From an uncultured Chloroflexia bacterium (lineage in GTDB: Bacteria; Chloroflexota; Limnocylindria; Limnocylindrales; CSP1-4), in contig CAVVYR010000007.1 of NCBI GenBank assembly GCA_963752475.1, positions 480,001-544,000 on the forward strand: DNA of 64,000 bases, given 5' to 3'. The notes beneath the pieces are model-generated. The model ran no database searches, was not told the origin of the DNA, and saw only the letters and a list, made by a program, of their open reading frames with translations. The translations under genes and the position numbers were made by a program. This document shows positions 27,934 to 36,774 of the stretch, in pieces (within the stretch, counting starts at the first letter, position 1; each line of letters starts with the position of its first letter).

Positions 27934-29016
27934 CTAGGGGGTGTAGAAGAGGTCCACGTCGACGAAGGGATCGTCGGTTCCATCGGCCGTCGTCTCATGG
28001 TCGGTGTGGTAGCTCGTGGGCGGTTGGCTTGGTGAACCGTCCTGGATTCGGATGGAGTCGCGGTCCGGGCTGATGATCGCGTCCTTGATGTAGCTCAACG
28101 CGCCGGCGGACGCGGGGTAGATGTCGGAGAGTTCCACAGCCTCCCGGTACTGCTCTATCCCGTTCACTGCCGTCCACCACCCGTGCCAGCCACTCTCCGC
28201 CTTCACCAGCAGGTGGTCGGCCCGTGCCTTCTTGACCGACGTGATGACGTGGCTCGTGACATCCCACTTCCCGAACGTCGCGGCGTCGGTATCCTCGGGG
28301 TATCGGTCCATGACGATCGTGTCGCCGGGACTGGGGGTGCCGTCGAGGTCGGTGTCGACGAGTTTGGCGATGAGCACGTCGCCGCTACCGAACTGGCCGT
28401 CCTGGACGAGGTCGGAGTAGGCGATCGCGAGGGTCTTGGGCGTCGGTGCCGGTGGCGCCGGTGGCGCGGGTGGCGCGAACACGGACTTCGGCAGCTCGCA
28501 TCGGACGTGCGGGCCATGGCCGGTGTTCTGGTAGCAGGCGTCGACACCGATGCCACCATCGAGCCTGTCGAAGCCAGCACCACCGAAGAGGACGTCGGGT
28601 CCGGCCTGTCCTGCGAGGAAGTCGTTCTGCTGGCCCCCGAAGAGCCGGTCCACACCGGCCAGGCCGAACAGCCGGTCGCGCCCCGTCTGGCCCAGGAGCT
28701 TGTCGTGTCCGGCACCACCGGCGATGCGGTCGTTGCCCGCGCCACCGCAGATGACGTCGTTGCCGCCACGGCCGAGGATGATGTCGTTGCCCCCGAGCCC
28801 GGCGATGATGTCGCGCCTGGCGGTGCCGATGATGACGTCCTTCTTCGGAGTGCCGACCTTCGTGGCCACCTTGCCGTCGCACTTGACGAGGCGCTTGGCC
28901 CCGAGCGCCTTCGCGGGCTCGACGTCATCGGCTGCGGCGGTGACGGCCGCGAACGAGGCGGTGAGTGCGGCAGCCGCCAACACGGCCACGGCTCGTCGGA
29001 TGGAGCGTCCAGTCAT
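27934..29016 (-). CDS. Secreted calcium-binding RTX repeat protein, paralogue 2
   Basis: MTGRSIRR signal peptide; repeat block near-identical to paralogue 1; C-terminus TDDPFVDVDLFYTP. Confidence 0.88.
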   Translation of the reverse strand: MTGRSIRRAVAVLAAAALTASFAAVTAAADDVEPAKALGAKRLVKCDGKVATKVGTPKKDVIIGTARRDIIAGLGGNDIILGRGGNDVICGGAGNDRIAGGAGHDKLLGQTGRDRLFGLAGVDRLFGGQQNDFLAGQAGPDVLFGGAGFDRLDGGIGVDACYQNTGHGPHVRCELPKSVFAPPAPPAPPAPTPKTLAIAYSDLVQDGQFGSGDVLIAKLVDTDLDGTPSPGDTIVMDRYPEDTDAATFGKWDVTSHVITSVKKARADHLLVKAESGWHGWWTAVNGIEQYREAVELSDIYPASAGALSYIKDAIISPDRDSIRIQDGSPSQPPTSYHTDHETTADGTDDPFVDVDLFYTP

Positions 29017-29153
29017 CGAGGACCCACTGCCGCATGCCGAGCCGGATGGCGTCACTCGACGATCTTCCTCGATTGTGACCAGTCCTTCCCTGCGTCGCTC
29101 CGCGTGGATGCACCGACTCCGGTCGGCGGCCTCATCAGTGGACCGAGGCGGTC

Positions 29154-29365
29154 CTACGGCAGGAAGATCTCGACGTCGGTGAAGTCGTCGTCTCCCGAGC
29201 CCGGCGCATCGATCCTGGTGATACGACGATGATCCGGACGATGTCGCCAACCTCGCCGTAGCTCCGAGTCCCCGAGCCAGCCCGACCGAGAAACGAGAAG
29301 TCGGTGTCCCGGCGGAGATCTCGTAGTACTCCTGCTCATCCAGCCACCAGTCGTGTTGGCCGCTC
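29154..29365 (-). pseudogene. Orphan, frameshifted C-terminal remnant of the RTX paralogue family
   Basis: Three frames give GQHDWWLDEQEYYE, GDIVRIIVVSP and GSGDDDFTDVEIFLP-stop, matching the family C-terminal motifs in order. Confidence 0.7.
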
Positions 29366-29476
29366 CGCGCTCAACACATCCTGTGGCAGCGTCCCACCGA
29401 GCGTAGCCGGAGCGATCGGAGTGTCGGACGGGCGATCGGCGTGCCGAGGAGCGCTACAGTGGCGCGGTGCGTCCGG

Positions 29477-29565
29477 CCCGGAGTGGCGGAACGGCAGACG
29501 CGGCGGTCTTAAACACCGCTGAGGGCTATGCCCTCGTGTGGGTTCGACCCCCACCTCCGGGACCA
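29477..29565 (+). tRNA. tRNA-Leu(TAA)
   Basis: CCCGGAG/CTCCGGG, GCGGT-CTTAAAC-ACCGC, variable arm, ACCA. Confidence 0.95.
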
Positions 29566-29590
29566 CACTCGCGCTCAAGTCGGACCACGA

Positions 29591-29959
29591 TCAAGGCCCC
29601 TCGCCGCTGATGCCTTCGAACACCAGCAGAAACACGATGACGGAGTAGATCGGGCATGCCAGGAGCAGGGTGCCCGCGCCGACCTTGAACCAGGCGGCGC
29701 CATGGAGGTGTTCTGAACGCACACCGAGCACGATCCCGATGGCAAGTGACGTGAGTAGCACAGCTGCCATCAGTTCTTCGCTCAGTACTGCTTCCAGCGG
29801 GTCGAATACAAGGGTCGCTGCGATGAATAGCACCAGCCCCAAAGAAGAAACGGCTACGGCCGTGATGCTCGCCTTCAAGCACCCGACGTTCTCGTCCTTC
29901 TCTGGGTCGGTGGGACTCGGCTTCCAGAGGTCCAAGAGCCACTTGTGGTGGAGCCTCAC
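29591..29959 (-). CDS. Hypothetical three-TM membrane protein (lower GC)
   Basis: Three hydrophobic segments; start uncertain. Confidence 0.55.
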   Translation of the reverse strand: MRLHHKWLLDLWKPSPTDPEKDENVGCLKASITAVAVSSLGLVLFIAATLVFDPLEAVLSEELMAAVLLTSLAIGIVLGVRSEHLHGAAWFKVGAGTLLLACPIYSVIVFLLVFEGISGEGP

Positions 29960-30118
29960 GTTGCCATCGTCGTCGTGCCCCAGCCGGGGCGGAACTGCGG
30001 GTGGTCAGCTCCGTCGCTGGAGTCGGGGGCGCTTCCTGGCTCTGTCCGAAGCGTCACAGTCGGACCGCTACGACTCGTGAGAGGGAGCCGCAACACGGTG
30101 CATCACGGCCGAGATGCC

Positions 30119-31084
30119 CTAGTAGTTCAGCACTACATCGATGAACGCGTCATCGGTGCTGCTCGGCCCCGACGCTTGAACGAGTACCGGGGTCTGGGGA
30201 CCGCTCGGGCTACCCGCCTGAACCCCGATCACATCAGGGCTGGTGCCGTCGAACCCGTCCAGGAAGGTTGCCTCGATGCCTCCGTCCTCACCGTAGAGCT
30301 CCCCCAGACCGAGTCTGTACCAGGTGTGGCCGGCGTTGGCAGTGGACCACGCGTGAAGGAGAGTGGCGGTGCTCTGGCCGCTGATGCTCGCCACGTCATG
30401 GCTCGTTGTGGTCCAGTCACCGAACGCCGAGGCGTCGAAGTTCGTCGGGTACCGGCCCATCTCGATGGTGTCACCGGCGTCGGGGCCATTGCCGTCGGTG
30501 TCCATGAGCCGGGCGATGAGCACGTCACCGGTGCTGTATCCGTCGAGGCCGTCGATGTCGCTGTAGGCGACCGCGAGGATGCCCGTCAGCGGGATGAGCG
30601 AGGGACCGGGCGGCGGCGGTGCCGGGCGCTCACAGCGAACGACCGGACCCGACCCCGTGCCCTGGAAGCAGGTGTCCACGCCGATGCCACCATTGATGAT
30701 GTCGTTGCCGATCTGGCCCGCGAGGAAGTCGGGACCGACGTTGCCATTGAGCGTGTCGCGGCCGAGCTGACCCCAGATGGTGTCGGCGCCGGGACCCCCG
30801 AAGACGACGTCGTTGCCCTTGCCCGCACAGATGAGGTCGCTGCCGCCCTTGGCGTAGATGCGGTCGGCCCCGCCCCTGGCCACGATGACGTCGCGCTTGG
30901 CGGTGCCCTTGAGGATGTCGGCCTTCTTGGTCCCGACGATCGTGGCCACCTTGCCTTGGCACTTGGGCTTCGGCTTCTTGGCCGCACCCTCCACATCCAC
31001 CGCGAGCGCGCTCGTCGCGAGCGCGGCGGTCAACGTGGCAGCGGCAAGCACGGCCACAACTCGACGGATGGGATGTGCCGTCAT
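30119..31084 (-). CDS. Secreted calcium-binding RTX repeat protein, paralogue 3 (copy 1)
   Basis: Signal peptide, CQGKVATIVGT, GGxGxD repeats, Pro linker, C-terminus TDDAFIDVVLNY. Confidence 0.88.
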   Translation of the reverse strand: MTAHPIRRVVAVLAAATLTAALATSALAVDVEGAAKKPKPKCQGKVATIVGTKKADILKGTAKRDVIVARGGADRIYAKGGSDLICAGKGNDVVFGGPGADTIWGQLGRDTLNGNVGPDFLAGQIGNDIINGGIGVDTCFQGTGSGPVVRCERPAPPPPGPSLIPLTGILAVAYSDIDGLDGYSTGDVLIARLMDTDGNGPDAGDTIEMGRYPTNFDASAFGDWTTTSHDVASISGQSTATLLHAWSTANAGHTWYRLGLGELYGEDGGIEATFLDGFDGTSPDVIGVQAGSPSGPQTPVLVQASGPSSTDDAFIDVVLNY

Positions 31085-31171
31085 CGCGTACCCCCTTCGC
31101 GGTGGGGAGCCCCAGATCGAGGCTCGACCACGAGTGCATTATCCCGCAAGGCACAACGCCACTCTCCCTGC

Positions 31172-31507
31172 ATGACCGACCTCGAGAACGCCAGGGCCGC
31201 CGTCGATGAAACCACGCCCGAGGGCTGGTACGCGGGCCGAGCGGGCCACGAGGAGCGGCACAACCAGTGGTGGCGACACGCCTTCGATCCCTCCGAAACG
31301 CCCATCGTCGGCAAGCGGTCGCGCGAATGGGTCACGGTCGGTCGCACCGAGCTGGAATGCGTCAGGGGGGTGGCACGTCGCTTCGGAGAACGGCGGGAGG
31401 GTCGCTGGCCGGATCAGGGGGGCGGGCAGTCGGCGCGGCACGATGGGGCTACTCGGCAGGTGGCTCCATCGGGTCGGGCACTGGCGGCATGCCGCCAGTC
31501 GGGATGA
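31172..31507 (+). CDS. Small hypothetical Trp-rich protein (copy 1)
   Basis: MTDLENARAAVDETTPEGWY..HAFDPSETP..REW; protein-like composition; tail overlaps the convergent gene. Confidence 0.5.
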   Translation: MTDLENARAAVDETTPEGWYAGRAGHEERHNQWWRHAFDPSETPIVGKRSREWVTVGRTELECVRGVARRFGERREGRWPDQGGGQSARHDGATRQVAPSGRALAACRQSG

Positions 31508-32024
31508 TGACGCCCCAGTTCGCCGCGTTGTCGAAGTCGTCGGGCGCACTCATGATGAGGGTCAAGCCCTGATAGCCACCCGCCCCGGTCAGCACGATCA
31601 ACCCCGTCGTACGCGGCACCTCATCACTGAGCGCCATCTCGCTGGTGAATGCGACCATGCTCAGGCCGGTCCCCGACCACGTCCCGCCGTCGTTGACGAG
31701 TCGCACGCTCGACGTGACGGTCGTGGCGGCACTGTCGCCGAACGTGAAGGTGTCGGCGTTGTCTACGTACGTCATCAGGCCCGACGCGCGGGGATCGGTC
31801 GCCTCGACCGGTTGGTCGACCCAGATCCCACCACGTATCTCGGTCGTGGTGCCGTCGACAGCGGTGACCTGACCTTCGTCGAACGCCCCGGACGACTCTG
31901 TTTGGAACGTGAAGTAGGCCGGGGCCATCGGGTCGGCTTCGTCCTGCGCGGCTACGGCCACGGACAAGCTGATGGCCAACAGCAGGATGACCGCCCCGCC
32001 AAGGGGCACCCGCAACGGACGCAT
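31449..32024 (-). CDS. Secreted hypothetical beta-rich protein (copy 1)
   Basis: GGAGG RBS, signal peptide, VEATDPRASG, LVNDGGTWSG, LTGAGGYQGL. Confidence 0.75.
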   Translation of the reverse strand: MRPLRVPLGGAVILLLAISLSVAVAAQDEADPMAPAYFTFQTESSGAFDEGQVTAVDGTTTEIRGGIWVDQPVEATDPRASGLMTYVDNADTFTFGDSAATTVTSSVRLVNDGGTWSGTGLSMVAFTSEMALSDEVPRTTGLIVLTGAGGYQGLTLIMSAPDDFDNAANWGVIIPTGGMPPVPDPMEPPAE

Positions 32025-32299
32025 GACATCCCCTCCCATCCGCGGGCCGGGTTCGCCAGTGGCTCGGCACGGTCCAGGCGGCCAGTGCTGGGGCCGTGCG
32101 TCATCGCCTCCCGCTACGTGCCATTGTCTCGCGGGCGTCCACGACTACCTGCTGCGTCGCAACTTGCCGGTGCCGCGACCACCGGATCGACTCCGCGAGT
32201 GACCGATCTCCGCCTCAGCCATCCTGGCTTCGACTTCTGTGACGATGACACGGTCGCGTCGAACTTGACGGCATAGAGGAAGCAGTCAGGATGGGCCGC

Positions 32300-32941
32300 A
32301 TGATACCCAGCGATAGGGCACGCCTGCGATGGGTCGCCGTCCTCCTCGGTGCCCTGGCTGCGACGGCAGCCGGAGGTGGCACTCTGGCCCAAGAGTCTGA
32401 TCCAGAGCCCGAGCCAAGCGTGCTGGTCGACGCCGAGGTCCCCAGCCCGTTCCCGACCGCCGAAGAGGTCAGCGGGGTGCTGGGCCATGAGGTCGGGATC
32501 CGAGGTATCGAACCCGGCCTGAGCCAGCTGTGGGAGGGCATCGAGTTCGACTGGCAGGAGTTGCCGCGCGCCATGATCGGGATCTATGTGGCGCCTCCGT
32601 ATGGGGCGGGAGAGCCGCTCGCTGGGGTCACGATCGATGTCGCCGAGTTCGTCACCGTGGAGGACGCCGTGCGGCATGCCGACGACAAGTTCGCCGACTA
32701 CCCCGAAGGCTTCGAGACCGACTTGGACGGCGACTACGTGCTCACACAGACGTTCCCGTCGGACGACTTCGACGCCTCCTTCATCGTCTACAGAGAAGAC
32801 ACCCTCATCGTCGTCGTCACGGCGGTGTCATTCGACGGCACGGTGATGGAGGCTGCCAGTGAGGCCACAGTCGAGCTCGTCTTGAGCAAGCTGGGTGCAT
32901 CACGGCCGAGATGCCCTAGTAGTTCAGCACTACATCGATGA
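32300..32941 (+). CDS. Secreted hypothetical acidic protein (copy 1; C-terminus altered by the duplication junction)
   Basis: Signal peptide; aligns with 35101-35709 until SKLG, then reads into the junction. Confidence 0.7.
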   Translation: MIPSDRARLRWVAVLLGALAATAAGGGTLAQESDPEPEPSVLVDAEVPSPFPTAEEVSGVLGHEVGIRGIEPGLSQLWEGIEFDWQELPRAMIGIYVAPPYGAGEPLAGVTIDVAEFVTVEDAVRHADDKFADYPEGFETDLDGDYVLTQTFPSDDFDASFIVYREDTLIVVVTAVSFDGTVMEAASEATVELVLSKLGASRPRCPSSSALHR

Positions 32942-33885
32942 ACGCGTCATCGGTGCTGCTCGGCCCCGACGCTTGAACGAGTACCGGGGTCTGGGGACCG
33001 CTCGGGCTACCCGCCTGAACCCCGATCACATCAGGGCTGGTGCCGTCGAACCCGTCCAGGAAGGTTGCCTCGATGCCTCCGTCCTCACCGTAGAGCTCCC
33101 CCAGACCGAGTCTGTACCAGGTGTGGCTGGCGTTGGCAGTGGACGTCACGCGTGAAGGAGAGTGGTGGTGCTCTCGGCCGCTAATGCTTGCCACCGACAT
33201 GGCTCGTTGTGGTCCAGTCACCGAACGCCGAGGCGTCGAAGTTCGTCGGGTACCGGCCCATCTCGATGGTGTCACCGGCGTCGGGGCCATTGCCGTCGGT
33301 GTCCATGAGCCGGGCGATGAGCACGTCACCGGTGCTGTATCCGTCGAGGCCGTCGATGTCGCTGTAGGCGACCGCGAGGATGCCCGTCAGCGGGATGAGC
33401 GAGGGACCGGGCGGCGGCGGTGCCGGGCGCTCACAGCGAACGACCGGACCCGACCCCGTGCCCTGGAAGCAGGTGTCCACGCCGATGCCACCATTGATGA
33501 TGTCGTTGCCGATCTGGCCCGCGAGGAAGTCGGGACCGACGTTGCCATTGAGCGTGTCGCGGCCGAGCTGACCCCAGATGGTGTCGGCGCCGGGACCCCC
33601 GAAGACGACGTCGTTGCCCTTGCCCGCACAGATGAGGTCGCTGCCGCCCTTGGCGTAGATGCGGTCGGCCCCGCCCCTGGCCACGATGACGTCGCGCTTG
33701 GCGGTGCCCTTGAGGATGTCGGCCTTCTTGGTCCCGACGATCGTGGCCACCTTGCCTTGGCACTTGGGCTTCGGCTTCTTGGCCGCACCCTCCACATCCA
33801 CCGCGAGCGCGCTCGTCGCGAGCGCGGCGGTCAACGTGGCAGCGGCAAGCACGGCCACAACTCGACGGATGGGATGTGCCGTCAT
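32916..33885 (-). pseudogene. RTX paralogue 3, copy 2, frameshifted at ~33145-33198
   Basis: Identical to copy 1 except a patch with +2, +1, +1 insertions and a few substitutions; may be sequence error. Confidence 0.75.
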
Positions 33886-33972
33886 CGCGTACCCCCTTCG
33901 CGGTGGGGAGCCCCAGATCGAGGCTCGACCACGAGTGCATTATCCCGCAAGGCACAACGCCACTCTCCCTGC

Positions 33973-34308
33973 ATGACCGACCTCGAGAACGCCAGGGCCG
34001 CCGTCGATGAAACCACGCCCGAGGGCTGGTACGCGGGCCGAGCGGGCCACGAGGAGCGGCACAACCAGTGGTGGCGACACGCCTTCGATCCCTCCGAAAC
34101 GCCCATCGTCGGGAAGCGGTCGCGCGAATGGGTCACGGTCGGTCGCACCGAGCTGGAATGCGTCAGGGGAGTGGCACGTCGCTTCGGAGAACGGCGGGAG
34201 GGTCGCTGGCCGGATCAGGGGGGCGGGCAGTCGGCGCGGCACGATGGGGCTACTCGGCAGGTGGCTCCATCGGGTCGGGCACTGGCGGCATGCCGCCAGT
34301 CGGGATGA
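33973..34308 (+). CDS. Small hypothetical Trp-rich protein (copy 2)
   Basis: Duplicate of 31172-31507. Confidence 0.5.
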   Translation: MTDLENARAAVDETTPEGWYAGRAGHEERHNQWWRHAFDPSETPIVGKRSREWVTVGRTELECVRGVARRFGERREGRWPDQGGGQSARHDGATRQVAPSGRALAACRQSG

Positions 34309-34825
34309 TGACGCCCCAGTTCGCCGCGTTGTCGAAGTCGTCGGGCGCACTCATGATGAGGGTCAAGCCCTGATAGCCACCCGCCCCGGTCAGCACGATC
34401 AACCCCGTCGTACGCGGCACCTCATCACTGAGCGCCATCTCGCTGGTGAACGCGACCATGCTCAGGCCGGTCCCCGACCACGTCCCGCCGTCGTTGACGA
34501 GTCGCACCCTCGACGTGACGGTCGTGGCGGCACTGTCGCCGAACGTGAAGGTGTCGGCGTTGTCTGCGTACGTCATCAGGCCCGACGCGCGGGGATCGGT
34601 CGCCTCGACCGGTTGGTCGACCCAGATCCCACCACGTATCTCGGTCGTGGTGCCGTCGACAGCGGTGACCTGACCTTCGTCGAACGCCCCGGACGACTCT
34701 GTTTGGAACGTGAAGTAGGCCGGGGCCATCGGGTCGGCTTCGTCCTGCGCGGCTACGGCCACGGACAAGCCGATGGCCAACAGCAGGATGACCGCCCCGC
34801 CAAGGGGCACTCGCAACGGACGCAT
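34250..34825 (-). CDS. Secreted hypothetical beta-rich protein (copy 2)
   Basis: Duplicate of 31449-32024 with 3 amino-acid changes. Confidence 0.75.
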   Translation of the reverse strand: MRPLRVPLGGAVILLLAIGLSVAVAAQDEADPMAPAYFTFQTESSGAFDEGQVTAVDGTTTEIRGGIWVDQPVEATDPRASGLMTYADNADTFTFGDSAATTVTSRVRLVNDGGTWSGTGLSMVAFTSEMALSDEVPRTTGLIVLTGAGGYQGLTLIMSAPDDFDNAANWGVIIPTGGMPPVPDPMEPPAE

Positions 34826-35100
34826 GACATCCCCTCCCATGCGCGGGCCGGGTTCGCCAGTGGCTCGGCACGGGCCAGGCGGCCAGTGCTGGGGCCGTGC
34901 GTCATCGCCTCCCGCTACGTGCCATTGTCTCGCGGGCGTCCACGACTACCTGCTGCGTCGCAACTTGCCGGTGCCGCGACCACCGGATCGACTCCGCGAG
35001 TGACCGATCTCCGCCTCAGCCATCCCGGCTTCGATTTCTGTGACGATGACACGGTCGCGTCGAACTTGACGGCATAGAGGAAGCAGTCAGGATGGGCCGC

Positions 35101-35709
35101 ATGATACCCAGCGATGGGGCACGCCTGCGATGGGTCGCCGTCCTCCTCGGTGCCCTGGCTGCGACGGCAGCGGGGAGTGGCGCTCTAGCCCAAGAGCCTG
35201 ATCCCGAGCCCGAGCCGAGCGTGCTGGTTGACGCCGAGGTCCCCAGCCCGTTCCCGACCGCCGAAGAGGTCAGCGGGGTGCTGGGCCACGAGGTCGGGAT
35301 CCGAGGTGTCGAACCCGGCCTGAGCCAGCTGTGGGAGGGCATCGAGTTCGACTGGCAGGAGTTACCGCGCGCCATGATCGGGATCTATGTGGCGCCTCCG
35401 TATGGGGCGGGAGAGCCGCTCGCTGGGGTCACGATCGATGTCGCCGAGTTCGTCACCGTGGAGGACGCCGTGCGGCATGCCGACGACAAGTTCGCCGACT
35501 ACCCCAAAGGCTTCGAGACCGACTTGGACGGCGACTACGTGCTCACACAGACGTTCCCGTCGGACGACTTCGACGCCTCCTTCATCGTCTACAGAGAAGA
35601 CACCCTCATCGTCGTCGTCACGGCGGTGTCATTCGACGGCACGGTGATGGAGGCTGCCAGCGAGGCTACAGTCGAGCTCGTCCTGAGCAAGCTCGGTGAC
35701 GGGACCTAG
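35101..35709 (+). CDS. Secreted hypothetical acidic protein (copy 2, probable native C-terminus)
   Basis: Signal peptide; ends SKLGDGT-stop. Confidence 0.75.
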   Translation: MIPSDGARLRWVAVLLGALAATAAGSGALAQEPDPEPEPSVLVDAEVPSPFPTAEEVSGVLGHEVGIRGVEPGLSQLWEGIEFDWQELPRAMIGIYVAPPYGAGEPLAGVTIDVAEFVTVEDAVRHADDKFADYPKGFETDLDGDYVLTQTFPSDDFDASFIVYREDTLIVVVTAVSFDGTVMEAASEATVELVLSKLGDGT

Positions 35710-35733
35710 CCACCTCCGCCTCACCCGACCACG

Positions 35734-36341
35734 ATGCTACTCACCAGCACGGACGAGTACGAGGGACTGTCGGCCTACGTCGCGGTAGTCGAGGACGATG
35801 ACGAACCACCCAGGTTCCGGGCCGCCGTCTTCCCCGGCGAGATGCCCGAGCACCTCGCCGGGGCGGCCGCTACCCCGGCGCCCACGTCCCCGGCGCCAAC
35901 CGACGAGGGTTCCCGTCGTCGACCGTGAGCCGGCGGTCGTGACCGGCACGGCCGGCCACCCCCTCTCTTCGGCCGGCGCTTCGCGTCAGTGGGATGGCAC
36001 ACGGGTCGTCGGCATTGACCAGTACGAGGTGTGGACCTTGGAAGCCAGCGACCCGCGACTCAGCGGCGCGTTGCTCTCGGTCTTCGATCTCATCTTCTAC
36101 GAGGATCTGGGTGTCTACGTGGCGGACGGCCACAGCAAGCTCGAGACGGCCGAGGGTCGCTGGAGCGGTGAGTTCACCTTCGTGGGCGGCGAGGCGCTGG
36201 CCAACGTCGCGATCGTGTCGCTCACGGCGAAGGCGCGTACGAGGGCTTGATGACCGTTTCGTCATGGACCAGGACGCCGGGCGCTCGTTCACTACCGGCA
36301 TCGTCAAGGGCGACCTGCCAACGCCTCCGGAACCGAACTGA
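35734..36341 (+). pseudogene. Fragmented tandem-domain paralogue of the 31449/34250 secreted family
   Basis: LTSTDEYEGL..FPGEMP, LEASDPRLSG, LETAEGRWSG and VSLT..GDLPTPPEPN in shifting frames mirror DPRASG/GGTWSG/LTGAGGYQGL/GGMPPVP; no signal peptide. Confidence 0.65.
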
Positions 36342-36362
36342 CGAGCGTGGCACGATGGGCGT

Positions 36363-36647
36363 ATGACCCATCAGAACGCAGTGTTCGTAGAGTCGTACCG
36401 TGGCACGTACCAACAGGCCCACGCCGCCTTCCGTGAGGCCGCCGCCCGCCATGGCCCTGCCGGCTATCAGCCGACGACTCAGGACTGGGTGGGCCAGGGA
36501 CCGCGCTGGGGCTGCTTCAGCTGCGCACTGATCATCATCCTGCTCATCAGCATCATCGGTATCCTGCTGCTGCCCTTCGTCTTCCTCGGGCGCAACAAGG
36601 GCACGCTCACGGTCACCTACGCGTACGTCGGGCCGCCGCGCGCATAG
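36363..36647 (+). CDS. Small single-pass membrane protein
   Basis: Long hydrophobic segment, GTLTVTY tail; CACGAT -10 6 nt before ATG. Confidence 0.7.
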   Translation: MTHQNAVFVESYRGTYQQAHAAFREAAARHGPAGYQPTTQDWVGQGPRWGCFSCALIIILLISIIGILLLPFVFLGRNKGTLTVTYAYVGPPRA

Positions 36648-36774
36648 CCGGGGACGACACGGGGCTCGACCCATGGCCACCATGACGCAGCCTTGCACCG
36701 AGTCGCCCCGCGCTGCGGCAGGCGGGCTAGGCCGTCCGGCTTGCCAAGCGTGCCGGTGACCGAGCGAAGAACGC

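Larger units (their letters stand above)
30097..35698. repeat. Tandem duplication of a ~2.8-kb four-gene unit (30097-32893 and 32894-35698)
   Basis: Direct alignment, offset 2797 then 2801; GGTG at the left end, junction and right end. Confidence 0.95.

Noticed and set aside
29090-29140. Hammerhead ribozyme core CTGATGA on the minus strand
   Set aside because: No GAAA after a closable stem II and no matching stems I/III
33125-33200. Diversity-generating retroelement-like variable patch in RTX copy 2
   Set aside because: Changes are insertions and non-adenine-specific substitutions; no reverse transcriptase; fits read error
35710-35718. attR-like copy of the tRNA-Leu(TAA) 3' end (CCACCTCCG)
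   Set aside because: Only 9 nt in high-GC DNA and no integrase; not distinguishable from chance
27934-36647. Prophage or integrative element at the tRNA cluster
   Set aside because: No integrase, transposase, phage or conjugation genes; only a variable region of secreted-protein genes
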